DNA of 64,000 nt from Octopus vulgaris (GCA_951406725.2 OX597819.1:24366001-24430000), one strand, 5' to 3'. Positions 25,355 to 40,171 are shown, counted from the first letter of the stretch. Numbers and translations: made by a program. The notes: generated by a model not told the origin, from the sequence alone.

Positions 25355-27095
25355 ATATAGATAAAACCGTGATAACATTTTCGGACAGTGATGTGAGTGA
25401 TATCTTCGATGTTAACTCCACAAAGTCTGCATCGCTTGTCACATTTCACTGCTTCTGCATCTCAATCCCTTTTGTGCATCAGGTATTTGGTTGATATTTC
25501 CTGTTCCTGGATTGCAAACACATATCCTTCAAAGACTGCTTTGATTATCAATGTTACTCTAATCTTGGAGCTTTTTACTGACATGCATCCATGCATAGTC
25601 TTCTGCTCATATATACTCAGCCTTTCATCAGAAAATACGTAGCGGCAGAGTCGTTCGACATCTTTGGGCAATGTATTCTAGGTTATCAGACAAGGAATGT
25701 TGCTCAAAGAGCTGCCTTCCAAGTCTTATATTACCAGCCTCATGTATGCAAACTTAGTCAAGGGGTACACTTCGACTCTTGTTGGTTAAAAGATGTTGCC
25801 GAAGGGATATGGTACGATATTCAAAGGCATTTTGGATCGCTGTTAAGCCTCTGCCGCCTTGTTTTCGTTAGGTAGAGGCGGTCTACGTCACTGTTTATGC
25901 GAAATTATGTTTGCTTATTAGTATTTTTCGGGTTTTCATATGAATGCCTCGAATTTCATCAAGCGTCCAATCAAGCAGCCCAAATGTTGCTATGAGTACT
26001 GGCACTGAAAACACCATTGTGGGCCACTTTTTTAGTGAATGCAGAGAGTTCTGAGGTCTAAATTTTGTTTAATCGGCTGTAATATTCTTTAGTGACACGT
26101 GTTTTGTTACTGGTGCCATTGTAAGATATGTTTTCATCCACCCCTAGATACCTGTAACTTTCCTCATCTGATATAGTGGAAACGAAACAGTCAAGTCATT
26201 GATGGAGATGCTGCTAATCTGGTTTTTCAGTTTTCCCTCTTTTCACAACCATATAACAGTATTTATCCTGACCAAACTCGAACCCTACATCCTGTGAGAA
26301 AGTTGTAACTAGATCAAAGCTCTTTTTCATCTCGTGCATATTCTTTGCATAAAGTTTCAAGTCATCCACAAAGAAACAGTGTGTAATTTTGGTATTTCTG
26401 CTTCCTTGTGAACCACTGCGATATCTCTCAGACTTCCTTAACGTGAATCACAAGGGGGTTTACAAACAATATAAACACAACAGAGAGGCTGTCTCCTTGG
26501 AGTATGTCTTGCAATACTATATTCTACCAGTGATAATACAGTCACTCTTTGAGTTTAATTTCAAGATAGTGGCCCACGATGAAGTTAGCTCAGCTATGGC
26601 TTTGATTATGCTCACTGGAACTTTAGCAGGTTGAAGGGCTTCTAGCATCCATAAGTCAAAAGCTGTCCTGTAGTCTAGCCACATTGAAACTATATTCCTT
26701 CTATGATATCACACCTCCGACATCACAGTTTTGTTGATTAGCAATTGCTCGGCACATACCCAGACTCCCTTTCTCGTAGCTGCATGTTCTACTGTTATCA
26801 TGTTACTGGTGCTTCACAATGGTCCTGGAGTATATACATTAAGTTCTGACATGCAATTGGCCGGTAGTTTTTTTGCCATGTGGCTGGTTATGCATTTGGG
26901 GATCAATTTTGTCTCTGCCAGAGCTAACCAGTGTGATATGCTATTATTACAATTGAGAGGTTGCTGGTAAAGATTGATAAGATATGGTCGGTAGAAGGCT
27001 AGATTCTTGAACAAATATCCAACAGCCAGGTTTCTTCCAGGTGCTTTTCCATACTGGAGTTTCTGGATCACAGTTGCAAGAGTATCACCATCAAT
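25355..27095 (-). pseudogene. Decayed R4/Dong-type LINE ORF (RT through CCHC knuckle)
   Basis: GKAPG, TKLIPK, EQLLINKTV, SMWLDYRTAFD, ITHCFFVDDLKLYAK, ESYRYLGVDEN, FEGYVFAIQEQEISTKYL, CRLCGVNIEDITHI; multiple frameshifts and stops. Confidence 0.9.
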
Positions 27096-27680
27096 GCTGT
27101 ATGTCTATGTATGTATGTATGTATGTATGTATGTATGTATGTATGTATGTATGTATGTATGTATGTATGTATGTATGTATGTACGTACGTACGTTCGTAC
27201 GTATGTATGTATGTATGTATGTATGTATGTATGTATGTATGTATGTATGTATGTATGTATGTATGTATGTGGCGTGTGCGTGTAAGCCCTATCTTTCTCA
27301 GATATATGTTCTCAAAGATTATATTATCCAAAGTAACCCTTCCTTTATTTAAAAGTATGAACATTCTTTGGGGAATATTTCATTGCTGATGTTAACATAT
27401 CGAACGACAACATAGAGGCTTCCTCTTGTACTGGCCTTATGCACTTACAAAATGTTAAATGTGTGAAATGGAAACAAAAGGATCTACTTTTTCGACCAAT
27501 AAAATTAATTCAATTATATATATCTGCACATAGGATAGATCTTCTCTGACGTCATCTGCACTATTGCAATGACACGTAATGTAAAAGATTGTTTGTTAAA
27601 CAAGTATACATCCGGGGAATCAACGGAAAAGGTGGTTGGACAGATATATACATACATTTAAAAGAAGATATATATATGTA

Positions 27681-27786
<106 letters not shown>

Positions 27787-27863
27787 TATACATATATATA
27801 TACATATATATAGACACAGATATATGTATATATACATATATGTAGACACAGATATATGTATAC

Positions 27864-27912
<49 letters not shown>

Positions 27913-28451
27913 CATATATATATATATATATACATGCACATACACATGCACACACACATATATGTATATATATATATATATACATATATATAAATTAAAT
28001 TAGAGATAAAACCACTAATATATATATATAGTGAATATACATGTGCATGTATGTATGCAAACACTTCCGGTTATACATATATACTTATACATTATGCATA
28101 AAGAAGTGCATTGTGCATTAAAATATAGGTGCGGCCCGGAGCATTTTTATATCAGTATTAACGTCATTGAGTTCACACATTTTCATTTTAAAGTATTTTT
28201 TTTGTTGGATTTTTGTTTCTCTTTTCTTTGTTTTTTCTTTTCTTATTTTTTTGTAAAAGGCCAACGGAGAACGAAGATTATTGCTTTCATTCTCTTTATT
28301 TTTATTTTTTTTTTTTTGCTGTTGTCAATCACATGTATACAACCACCATGGCTATCAGGATTCAAGACTTTCACCGTTATCTATCCAAACACCCACTCTC
28401 AATCCAAGCACCATTATCTATACGCAAATACATGTGCACACACACATGCGT

Positions 28452-28502
<51 letters not shown>

Positions 28503-29062
28503 CACACACTATTTTCGACTATCATGACTAGTTGTAATATCGCGAACAACAGGAACCAATACGGAACTTAGAAACATCTCACTACAAAATTACGTGACCG
28601 ATATCGTTTATACCAAATCAGTCTTTTTTATTATTATTGCTTTCTACTATTGGCATAAGGCCAGAAATTTTGAAATTTTGGAGGGAGTGAGCAAGATAAT
28701 TACATCGACTCCCCTCCAACACAGCGCTCAACTGCTACTTATTTTATCGATGAAAAGCAAGTTGACCTCTGTGGAATTTGAACTCGGAACGTAAAACCCC
28801 AGAAGAATTGCCGTTAAGCATATTGTCCTGTGCGCTGCTGGTTCTGCCAGTTCGCTGCTTCTTGACAGCAAACTAATTTCTCCTTATCCCCCCAAAACAG
28901 AAATCAATAACATTATTAGTTGAACCTTTCTGATAGACGGACGTGACGCATTACAACAAGCTGTAAAGGGCTAACAATCAGTTTCGCGTCGTTTTGTATT
29001 CGAAGGGATAACGTGGACTGGGTAGATGTGTTAAGTTCCATGTGGCAGTAATTAGCCAAGTG

Positions 29063-29495
29063 AGGGCAGCGAGCTGGCAGAATCGTTAGCACTCTGGACG
29101 AAATGTTTAGCGGTAATTCACCCGTTGCTACGTTCTGAGTTCAAATTCCGCCGAGGTCCACTTTGCCTTTCATCCTTTCGGGGTCGATTAAATAAGTACC
29201 AGTTACGCACTGGAGTCGATGTAATCGACTTAATCCGTTTGTCTGTCCTTGTTTGTCCCCTCTATGTTTAGCCCCTTGAGGGCAATAAAGAAATAAGAAT
29301 CGTTAGCACTCTGGACGAAATGTTTAGCAGTAATTCACCCGTCGCTACGTTCTGATTTCAAATTCCGCCGAAGTCGACTTTGCTTTTTATCCTTTCAGGG
29401 TCGATAAATTACGTAGCAGTGAAATTCTGGGGTCGATGTAATCGACTAGTCCCCTCCCCCAAAGCTTCGGGCTTTGTTCCTTTAATAGAAAGGTA
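29063..29495 (+). mobile_element. Head-to-tail SINE A dimer (tail A, then tail B)
   Basis: AATCGTTAGCACTCTGGACGAAATGTTTAGC at 29081 and 29298. Confidence 0.9.
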
Positions 29496-29912
29496 ATTAG
29501 CCAAATGTAATGCCGATACAGAAAAAAAGAGCATACGAAAGTGAATCATTGTCGTATCATATGTAACCTTATATGCACTACCAGTACATGCAGGCTAACG
29601 ACAGAGTTTTTATGTAATTGCCAAATCTGCTGGAAATAGACAAATATCTTTAAGATATAAGCAGCTGTCTAAAAGTGAGGATACATTAAATAATATAGTC
29701 CTAGTTGTACTATGTCGGAAAGCTGATTAAATCATCGCAGCTTGAATCCTCTTTATCATAAGCCTGCTCGATCTAGCTTGACTAAGGGCCACACCACATC
29801 AGCAGCAACATTACAGATGTATATACGAGTACAGAATTGTCATAGAACTCTCTTTGTTTCTGTGTCTAACGTTAACTTCCTAAATGATAAACTTGTGGAA
29901 AGTTAATCTCTT

Positions 29913-30320
29913 TCTCTGTCCTTGTTTGTCCCCTCTGTGTTTGGCCCCTTGTGGGTAGTAAAGAAATAGGTATTTCGTCTGCCGCTACGTTCTGAGTTCA
30001 AATTCCACTGAAGTCGACTTTGCCTTTCATCTTTTCGGGGTCGATAAACTAAGTACCAGTTACGCACTGGGGTCGATGTAATCGATTTAATCCATTTGTC
30101 TGTCCTTTTTTGTCCCCTCTGTGTTTAGCCCCTTGTGGGTAGTAAAGAAATAGGTATTTCGTCTGCCGCTACGTTCTGAGTTCAAATTCCACTGAAGTCG
30201 AAATTGCCTTTCATCCTTTCAGGGTCGATAAATTAAGTACCAGTTGCATAATGGGGTTAATCTAAACGACTGGCCCCCCTCCCCCAAAATTTTGGGCCTT
30301 GTGCCTCGAGTAGAAAAGAA
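29913..30320 (+). mobile_element. Tandem SINE A array (tail A - body - tail A - body - tail B)
   Basis: The junction AAAGAAATAGGTATTTCGTCTGCCGCTACG occurs twice (~29960 and ~30143). Confidence 0.9.
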
Positions 30321-31154
30321 TAAAGGATGATTCTACGTGATCACTCGAATTGCTAGGAATCGTAGGCAAATCTTTCTCAAAATGCACTTCAATATCTAAA
30401 ACAAAAAAACAAAAAACAAAGGAGAGATTCCACGCTATAATATAGTCTATAGCAGCCCATAAAAGACGGAGTTGGCGCGACCGAAAGGCCTTTTCCGTGG
30501 TTCAAAGGTTATATCGATCAGGGATCAGTTGAAAGTAAATAACAACAACAACAACAGAAACAGTCATGTGCGTATTTGTGTTATGTATGTGCTTGTGTCA
30601 TTTGTGTGTGGATATGTGTATGTCAGCTTGTGTGTGGATATGTGTATGTCAGCTTGTGTGTGCTTGTGTCATGTGTCTCATTCTTTATATGTGTGTTCCT
30701 TTGTGCATGTTTGCGTGCATATCTGTATCACATGTGACACGGTATATATATGTGTGAATGTATGCATTTGTTTGTGTGTGTGTGTGTTTGTGCATGTGTT
30801 ACTGAAGACATATCTGTCATAAAGAGAATAAAGAGTCATAATATCAAATTATATTTCGGTATTGGAAATCTAGCCTTACTGATAATAAAGTTTGCAAATT
30901 CCGGATTTACGAGAGACAATATCGGCACTGATGACATTTGAACTCACAAACCTGACTCACCCAGCTGAATTGTTTCTGCCGCCCTCTCACCAATCTCTCC
31001 TTTAACCACGCTACACTCTTCACACACTCTCACAATTCCTGTAACCATATATCTGCATGGCCCTTTCTAACCGCGCAGCCCCTTTATACGTATACATGTA
31101 TGTATATATGTATATGTACATGTATGTATGTATGTATGTATACATGCATGCATA

Positions 31155-31358
31155 ACACGCCGGGCGAAATGCTTAGCGGTATTTCGTCTGCGTTACGTTG
31201 TGAGTTCAAATTCCGCCGAGGTCGACTTTGCCTTTCATCTTTTCGGGGTCGATTAAATAAGTGCCAGTTACCCACTGGGGTCGATGTAATCGACTTAATC
31301 CGTTTGTCTGTCCTTGTTTGTCCCTCTATGTTTAGCCTCTTGTGGGTAGTAAAGAAAT
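31155..31358 (+). mobile_element. SINE family A inside (ATGT)n
   Basis: Matches 14678 and 33041. Confidence 0.9.
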
Positions 31359-31607
31359 AGTATATATGTATGTCCACATGTATGTATGTATACATGCATG
31401 CATGTATGTATGTATGTATATATGTATGTGTACATGCATGTATGTATGTATACATGCATGTATGTATGTATACATGCATGCATGCATGTATGTTTGTATG
31501 CATGTATGTATGCGTGTATGCATGTATGTATGCATGTATATATGTATGTATGTATGTGTGTATTAATGTATGTGCGTATATATGTATGTATGTGTGTATA
31601 TATGTAT

Positions 31608-31928
31608 AAGGCGGGTGGCTTAGTGGTTAGGGCATTTGGCTCACGATCATAAGGTCGCAAGTTCAATTCCCGGCGACGCGTTGTGTTCTTGAGCAATACA
31701 CTTTATTTCACGTTGTTCCAGTCCATTCAGCTGGCAAAAATGAGTTGTATCTGTATTTCAAAGGGCCAGCCTTGTCACACTCTCTGTCACGTTGAATCTC
31801 CCTGAGTACTACGTTAAGAGTGCACGTGTCTGTGGAGTACTCAGCCGCTTGCATGTTAATTTCGTGAGCAGGCTGTTCCGTTGACCGTATCAACTGAAAC
31901 CCTCATCGTTGTAACCGACGGAGTGCCA
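31608..31928 (+). mobile_element. SINE family C head with tail type 2
   Basis: Head as at 17395; tail CACGTGTCTGTGGAGTACTCAGCC...GTAACCGACGGAGTGC as at 10262. Confidence 0.85.
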
Positions 31929-32010
31929 TGATAAACATACGACGGGCTTCTTTCAGTTTCATCTACCAAAGCTGGAACCTTCGTCGTCGTTACCGACGGA
32001 GTCTATCTAT

Positions 32011-32062
<52 letters not shown>

Positions 32063-32074
32063 ATTTACATATAT

Positions 32075-32159
<85 letters not shown>

Positions 32160-32436
32160 CATACATATAATGGTGCGTGGCCTGGTAGTTTGGGTGTTGC
32201 ATCCACGATCGCTTGATCATGTGTTCGATCCCCGGATAGGACTGGACGGTGCATTGTATTGTTGAGCAAAGCACTTCCTTTTACGTTGATCTGCAGTCAT
32301 ATCGGCATCTGATATGTGGCAATATCGAATTGAAGGAGAGATTAACCTCATGTTAACACACACATTTGATCATAATAAACGATTTACGTGTATGCTTCTT
32401 CAACAAGAAATTGCAATGTCATCATCCGTCGTCTAA

Positions 32437-32663
32437 CGCCATATCGCGGTTTACTTATCGCGGTTCACTTATAATGATTTATTATTTAAGCTTACTTCGA
32501 TTCTTCTGTGGTATTGTATTGCATTCATAATAAAATAAATATATGCAAATTATAAAATAATTTTAAAAAATCTATACAGGACATTACTGTTTCTACTTCG
32601 CTGATTTTCACCTATCGCGGGAGGTTTTGAAACGTAACACCCGCGATAGTCGAGGGATTACTG
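32437..32663. mobile_element. Tigger/pogo-like MITE remnant
   Basis: Right end CCGCGATAGTCGAGGGATTACTG followed by TA (TIR starting CAGT); partial left TIR TATCGCGG. Confidence 0.6.
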
Positions 32664-32675
32664 TATGTTTATGAA

Positions 32676-32747
<72 letters not shown>

Positions 32748-32751
<4 letters not shown>

Positions 32752-33022
32752 GGTGCATGGCTTAGTGGTTAGGGTGTTGCACTCGCGATTGCGAGATCGT
32801 AGGTTTGATTCCCGGCCCGGTCGTTGCGATGTGTTCTTGAGCGAAGCTTTTCATTTTACGTTGCTCTGCGATCATTTCGCCATCTGAAATGTGGCAGATG
32901 GTGCACCTGTACAGGTAATGTCGATTCGATAGAGGGAGTGACCTTATGTGTACACAAACATTCGATCATTATAAACAAATCATCTGTTGTTGCCGAACGT
33001 TGTCTAACGACGGGAGAGTCCA
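32748..33022 (+). mobile_element. SINE family C head with a further tail type
   Basis: A and B boxes; tail shared with 32170-32435 and 59372-59660. Confidence 0.8.
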
Positions 33023-33040
33023 TAATATATATACAAAGAA

Positions 33041-33270
33041 GGCGACGTGCTGGCAGAAACGTTAGCACGCCGGGCGAAATGCGTTGCCGTATTTCGTCTG
33101 CTGTTACGTTCCGAGTTCAAATTCCGCCGAGGTCGACTTTGCCTTTCATCCTTCCGGGGTCGATAAATTAAGTACCAGTTACGCACTGGGGTCGATGTAA
33201 TCGACTTAATCCGTTTGTCTGTCCTTGTTTGTCTCCTCTGTGTTTAGCCCCTTGTGGGTAGTAAAGAAAT
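33041..33270 (+). mobile_element. Full-length SINE family A with TSD
   Basis: ATATATATACAAAGAA immediately before and after. Confidence 0.95.
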
Positions 33271-33420
33271 ATATATATATACAAAGAAAGAGAGAGAGAG
33301 AGAGAGATTATAATCCAAGCTGTGTCCTGCTGAAGTCCATCTGTATATTCCAGTATATTTGTGTGAAGCATGCATAGAAGAGTTGGACAATACCAGGCAA
33401 ATATTTTATGGAGAATAATT

Positions 33421-33601
33421 ACATATCAAAACAGGAGACTGGAAAATCATTTTGAGGTTTTTATTTATTTACCACCACGTGTGTTTAATTTGCTAATAGA
33501 AGTTACAAAAAACTGTACATGTAGAAGAAGCATTTCGCAAATGAAACACGTGTAATGGTGACTGAATGATACCACCTAAATTTTTCCATTCTCCTGTTTT
33601 G

Positions 33602-33607
<6 letters not shown>
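33421..33607. repeat. Imperfect inverted repeat (~70-bp arms)
   Basis: ACATATCAAAACAGGAGACTGGAAAA... versus ...TTTTCCATTCTCCTGTTTTGATATGT. Confidence 0.8.
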
Positions 33608-33643
<36 letters not shown>

Positions 33644-33674
33644 TTGTGTGCGCGTATGTGCGTGTGTGTATGTG

Positions 33675-33879
33675 TCTTTTATCCTTTGTTTCAGTCATTA
33701 GACTGTGGCCATGCTGGGGCACAAACTTGAAAAGTTTTAAATCTATATACCCCAGGACATATTTTTAAAGCCTGGCATTCTCTCAGCCCCTTTTGCCTGA
33801 CCTCTAAGTTAAGGGGACATAAACACATCAGCAGCGTTTGTCAAGTGGTGGTGGGGGACAAACACAGACACAAACACAG

Positions 33880-33962
<83 letters not shown>

Positions 33963-34112
33963 TATATACATGCATATATACGACGGGCTTCTTTCAGTTT
34001 CTGTCTACCAAATCAACTCACAAGGATTTGGTCACCCCGAGGCTATAGTAGAAGACACTTGCCCAAAGTGTCACGTAATGAGACTGTAACCTGAGCCATG
34101 TGGCTGGGAAGT
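33675..34112 (-). mobile_element. SINE family D with internal (CA)n
   Basis: Reverse complement of 37895-38340. Confidence 0.85.
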
Positions 34113-35084
34113 GAGACAAACAGACAGACAGAAACAAAGACAGAGAGACAGAGAAACAGTGGGACAGAGAGACAATGGAACAGATTTGCAAACATACCTG
34201 TACGGTTAAGAAGTTCGACCCGAAATTACGTGGTTTCGGATTCGGGACTATTGTATGGCACATTGGGCAAGTGCTGCTACTACACCTGCAGGCCGACGAA
34301 TGCCTTTGAAATGAATTCGGTAGACGGAAACTGTGTGCAATCAGTCGCGTTCGTTTGTGAGTAAAATACCTAAGGGAAAAATCTGGAACTGACTTGGGCT
34401 TGCAGAAAAAGTAATCAACCAGCTAGCGCACTACAAATATAATTTGTAAGTTGAACTATAAAAAAAAGCAAGGCTTTTCTCAAGTCCAAAATATAACTTT
34501 GTTTTAATTATCCATATTCCAACGACGGAGGTTTTTGCATCTTCGTTAGAAACCAGATCTTTCTTACAGGCATACTTCAAATAATTAACAGAAGATAATA
34601 CACACTCACACATGTTTGTTTTCCAGTTTCAGCTCTTGAGCTGTGGCCATGCTGGGGCACATACATAGATACATAGATACATAGATACATACATGCATAT
34701 ATACATACAAAGCATGCAAGCAATTATACGGACATAAGTATGTATGAATGTAAGTATGTAAGTAAACACATACGTGCATACACACATACACATAAATATA
34801 CTTATATGCACGTGTATCCATAATGAAATGAAATGTAAACCAATTGTGATAAACATAAAGTTTTAGACTCGCTGTGAAAAGATAATCAAACTGTGTTCTA
34901 AAAACCTGTTGTGTATCCACTTTGATTAGTTTTTACAGCGAGGCTCATGCATTGTATTTCAATATATAACTTTGTGTGTGTGTGTGTAAATGTAGGTATA
35001 GATAGTTCATAAATGTATGTATTAATGTATGTATATACACAAATAGGCATAAATATATGAAAGTATATCCTCTCTCTCCCCTCG

Positions 35085-35120
<36 letters not shown>

Positions 35121-35206
35121 ATATATGTAGTGTATACACACACATACAGGTGAGCACATAAGTGCAAAAACAAGGTGGAAAATTAGTAATCGAAAACCAA
35201 AGGTAT

Positions 35207-35243
<37 letters not shown>

Positions 35244-35861
35244 ATGGGTGTGTGTACGTGTGTGTGTATGGGTATATACACACTCAGACGCATAAATATA
35301 TGCACAGACATTCTATCAATGTATATGTTTATATATGTGTGTTTGTGTGTGTTTATGTGTGTGGGTAGATGAATAAGTCGACAAACAGACAGGCTGGCAG
35401 ACAGACAGACAGATGAATAGATGGATAGGTAGCTGAATAGATAGATAGTTTTACATTTACATCTCCACTGTAGACGAAATCTCGTTATAACAAAGCTAAA
35501 TGTAATATTGTCGCAGTTTAAAAGCGAAATAATCCAACTCTTTACATCTAGCTTGGTTCTCCCCAAATTTTCTCGCTTAAATTTGGTTATTCTCAGCTTT
35601 GTTTCTTTTGGAAGTACAAAAGAAAGCTTTCAATTAAATACACTTTTGGCCTCTGTGTTCCGATATGTTCCTTTGTGTTCCATAGTATCATTTGCGTGGT
35701 TAATTCTTCGTTTGTTAACGTGCAGTAACTATATTTTATTAACGTTAACTCTGTACATTTGTTATCGCATCATATCAAATGCAATATTATTTGTTATCAA
35801 ACAAAATATATAAAGGACAGAAGAAAAGAAGTGTCGTAGTGAAATCATTAAGGCATCTAAT

Positions 35862-36157
35862 TTTTTTTTCGCCTTTTTCAAGCCTAGCAGGCTCATGGGC
35901 CCGGTTTCCTGTGGCGTATGTGTTCCCCCCAGCTGGACGGGACGCCAGTCCATCGCAGCGTTACTAAAAAAAAAACAGGATGAGAGGGTGGGAGAAAGAG
36001 TACAACAGGGGTCACCACCACCCTCCCGCCGGTGCCTCATGAAACTTTTAGGCGTTTTTCGCTCAATGAACACACACAACGCCCGGTCTGGGAATCGAAA
36101 CCGCGATCCTCCGACCGCGAGTCCGCTGCCCTAACCACTACGCCATTGCACTTCCAC
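35862..36157 (-). mobile_element. SINE family B, tail type 3, with 12-bp TSD
   Basis: AAGGCATCTAAT at 35850-35861 and 36158-36169; short poly(A). Confidence 0.9.
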
Positions 36158-36624
36158 AAGGCATCTAATGCTAACTTAAAAATAATGAATCGGTCGGACA
36201 TAATGTGTTGTCATGAATAATTCAAGTGAATGTAATTAACAAACTACACGCAGTAAAATCTCAGAAAATAGAGGAAATTGTTTTGTTGAGGGTCATAATG
36301 TGTCACTATGTCGCGCAGTACTTCCTCAACCCACAATCCAATTCCAAAGCGTATTATGCTAGAAGTTTTAGTTAGATGGATACAGAGATTCCTGATATAC
36401 TTCATGATAAAAGAATTCTGTAAAAGAATTACATCATACAAAAAATATAAATATTAAAGTTACCCGTCAGGAAGCTAACCATAGGAATCTCGTTGGAGTT
36501 CGGTAAAAATTATGTCCAATTATAATTAATGAAGATAATAGGAAAGAAGACAACGTAGTCTTCTGTTAAATTTGTTGAAATGGTCAGGAAGTAGGATTTC
36601 AAGACATTGATTTAAGTGATGCCT

Positions 36625-36920
36625 GGTTCTACGTCGGTTACGACAACGAGTGTTCCAGTCGATCCGATCAACGGAAGAACCTGCTCGTGAAATTAACGTG
36701 CAAGTGGTTGGGCATTCCATAGACACGCGTCCCTTTAGTGTAGTTCTCGGGGACGGTTAGCGTGATACAGAGTGTGATAAGGCTGGCCCATTGAAATACA
36801 GGTACAACTAATTTTTGCTAGCTGAGAGGACTAGAGGAAATTGAAATAAAGTGTCTTGCTGACGGACACAACATACCGCTGGAAATCTAACTGACAGCTT
36901 TACGACTGTGAGCCGAATAA
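36625..36920 (-). mobile_element. SINE with tail type 2, degenerate
   Basis: CGTCGGTTACGAC...CCTGCTCGTGAAATTAACGTGCAAGTGG; similar copy at 63370-63640. Confidence 0.8.
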
Positions 36921-37894
36921 TTAAGGCACGTGGCTTAGTTGTCAGGGATTCAAGCGATGAACCTGTAAATGCATGCAGGAAACGTGATCCTCACTTGTGA
37001 AAACCATTAAAGAGTTGTCAAAACCTCCTAGTATCTAGTTCATAAGTGGTTTTAACAACGGAGTTCTCTAAAATATTAATGAAATAGTTCGTACTTTTGA
37101 GCAGTTTTCAGGAAACGAACCGAATTTTGGGCGATGCATGAAAGTTATAAGATCGGCAATGGTAACGATGAAGTGCTTCATCCAGGAGTTAGAAGTTTGT
37201 TAGAAGACGAAGTAATCAACCATTGATGCTTTTTCAAAATAGACATCAATCATTAGTACCATATTTATTTTTTATTGATTCATATCTTGTCCTTGTTATT
37301 ATACATAGGCCCCCTTCGATCATGAATGACCATAGGGTTGCACCTAGAGAGTTCCCTTCCGAGGCACAAGTCCGTGCAAGGTTATTTTGTGGAAGACCAG
37401 CAGCTGCCCATGCAATCCAGCCTCCATTCTCCACGCCACTGATGCTATCCAAGAGAAAAGCAAAGGTCGATACAACTTGGCACCAACTTATTTCAACAGC
37501 TGAGTGAGCTGGATCAATATGAAGTGTCTTGCTCAAGAACTCAATACACAGCCCAGTTCCGGAATTGAACTCACAACCTCATCATTGTGAGCCCGACGCT
37601 CTAAACAAATTAAATATATGAGCTGTTTTGATTGAGTTACGTATAATTTTGTTCTAAGGTTTTTATCTCTATGTAAAGGTATTGTAGTGGTCTGACGTTC
37701 AAAGTGTATATTTCTTTGAATAACTAAAAGAATTTACCAATGTCAAAATTATATTTTCTTTTCCTTTGATAACGAGGTTTCTGAAAGTGAAAGACATGGT
37801 GGCGGGGAACAATAACATTGTCATTTAAGTGGTCGACACACACACTCACACACACACACACACACACACGCACACACACACACACATTTTATCT

Positions 37895-38066
37895 AGGCGT
37901 AGGAGTGGCCGTGTGGTAAGTAGTTTGCTTACGAACCACATAGTTCCGGGTTCAGTCCCACTGCGTGGCACCTTGGGCAAGTGCCTTCTACTATAGCCTA
38001 GGGCTGACTAAACCCTTGTGAGTGGATTTGGTAGACGGAAACTGAAAGGAGCCCGTCGTGTATATG

Positions 38067-38133
<67 letters not shown>

Positions 38134-38340
38134 GTGTGTCTGTTTGTCCCCCCCCCCAACATCGCTTGACTACCGATGCTGGTGTATTTACGTCCCCGTC
38201 ACTTAGCGGTTCGGCAAAAGTAACCGATAGAATAAGTACTAGGCTTACAAAGAATAAGTCCTGTAGTCGATTTGCTTGACTGAAGGCGGTACTCCAGCAT
38301 GGCCACAGTCAAATGACTGAAACAAGTAAAAGAGTGAAGA
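37895..38340 (+). mobile_element. Full-length tRNA-derived SINE family D with internal (TG)n
   Basis: Head TGGCCGTGTGGTAAG...GGGTTCAGTCCC, CORE-like CCTTGGGCAAGTG, tail CAGCATGGCCACAGTCAAATGACTGAAACAAGTAAAAGAG; other copies at 52875, 53320 and 59985. Confidence 0.9.
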
Positions 38341-39228
38341 GAGAGTAACTGAAATAACAGTGTTGTGTTTGAGCTGGTGTAATTATTAGCACGCCGGACT
38401 AATACTTAGCGGCATTTCTTCCGTTTTTATGTTCAGAGTTCAAATTCCGCCAGGGTCGACTTTGTCTTCCATCCTTTCGGGGCCAATAAAATAAGTACCA
38501 CTTAAGCGCTGAGGTCGATGTAAATGACCTGCCCCTTTACTCGCAATTGCTGGCCTCGTGCCAAAGTTTGAAACCAATATTTTCTCTCTCTCTCTTTCTC
38601 TACCTTCACTCTTCCTCTTCACTTTTTCTTTCTACCATTCCCTTCCTAACTCAAAGTTTTAGCCTCCTTTTTCTCTCTCTCCCTCTATTCTTCTATACTT
38701 TCTTCACCACTGACGACCTTTTCTTCTTCTTTCCCTTCTCTTCGCTTCCATTTTCTTTTCCCTCGCTTTATATATATGTCTCTTTTTTCTCTTTCAATAT
38801 CTGTTTTTTACCATGTAAATCCCTCTCTCACTTTCTCCCTCTGTTTCCTTATTGCTATCTACTTTTTCCCTTTTCTCGTTTTCTCCCACTCTCCCTCTCT
38901 GTATCCTCACGTTACTATATAACTTTACTCAACTCACCCTCTCACATTCTTACTCTTCACTTTTCCTATCTACACTAGCCAGCCCTTCTCTCTCTCCTAC
39001 TAACTCTCTTTTTACAATATAACTTTATGCAACTCTCCCTCCCTCACTCTCTCTTTCCTTATTGTTGTGATCTCCTCCTTCCCTTCTCCATTATAGATCA
39101 GTCTCTATCATTGCACTACCGCCATACTTAACTTTTCACTCGCGTAACTTATATTTACTTTTCGGCTTTCATACATTCCCTCAATCACCCCCATTCCTTG
39201 AATCACTTAGATACAATCTGTATGTGTA

Positions 39229-39277
<49 letters not shown>

Positions 39278-39407
39278 GTGTGCGCGTATGACTGTAGTGT
39301 GTGTGCATGTATAGGTATAAATATAAAATATATAAAGATATGTATATACGTTTATACATATACACACAGACACACAATACATACACATGCACACATACAT
39401 GCATACG

Positions 39408-39450
<43 letters not shown>

Positions 39451-39642
39451 CTATAAATATGTTTATGTGCATATATTTAGATATATATACACACACATTC
39501 ACACATATATATATACATACATATATCTAGATATACATGTATGTATATAAGTCTATGTATTCATGTGATTGTATACGTATATGCGTGTGCGTCTGTATGT
39601 TTGCATATGCCTGTACGTGAGTATATATTTATATATGTATGT

Positions 39643-39673
<31 letters not shown>

Positions 39674-39841
39674 AATGAACATATATATGTATATATATAT
39701 ATATGTGTGTGTATAAATGAATATATATAGTTATATATATTTCTATATATATATATACATATATATAGACATATATATATATACACACACACATATATAT
39801 ATATATATACACATATATATCTATACATATTTATGTACATG

Positions 39842-39920
<79 letters not shown>

Positions 39921-39927
<7 letters not shown>

Positions 39928-39949
39928 CATAAGTATAAACATATACATA

Positions 39950-39985
<36 letters not shown>

Positions 39986-40135
39986 TGTATATGTAGATAT
40001 ATAAATATATACATACATACATACATGTACATAAATATATATGTATATATATATATGTGTGTGTATATATATATATACATATATATTTATGTACATGTAT
40101 GTATGTATGTATATATTTATATATCTACATATACA

Positions 40136-40171
<36 letters not shown>

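Noticed and set aside
29063-30320. CRISPR-like repeat array
   Set aside because: The repeats are SINE units without unique spacers, in a eukaryotic context with no cas genes.
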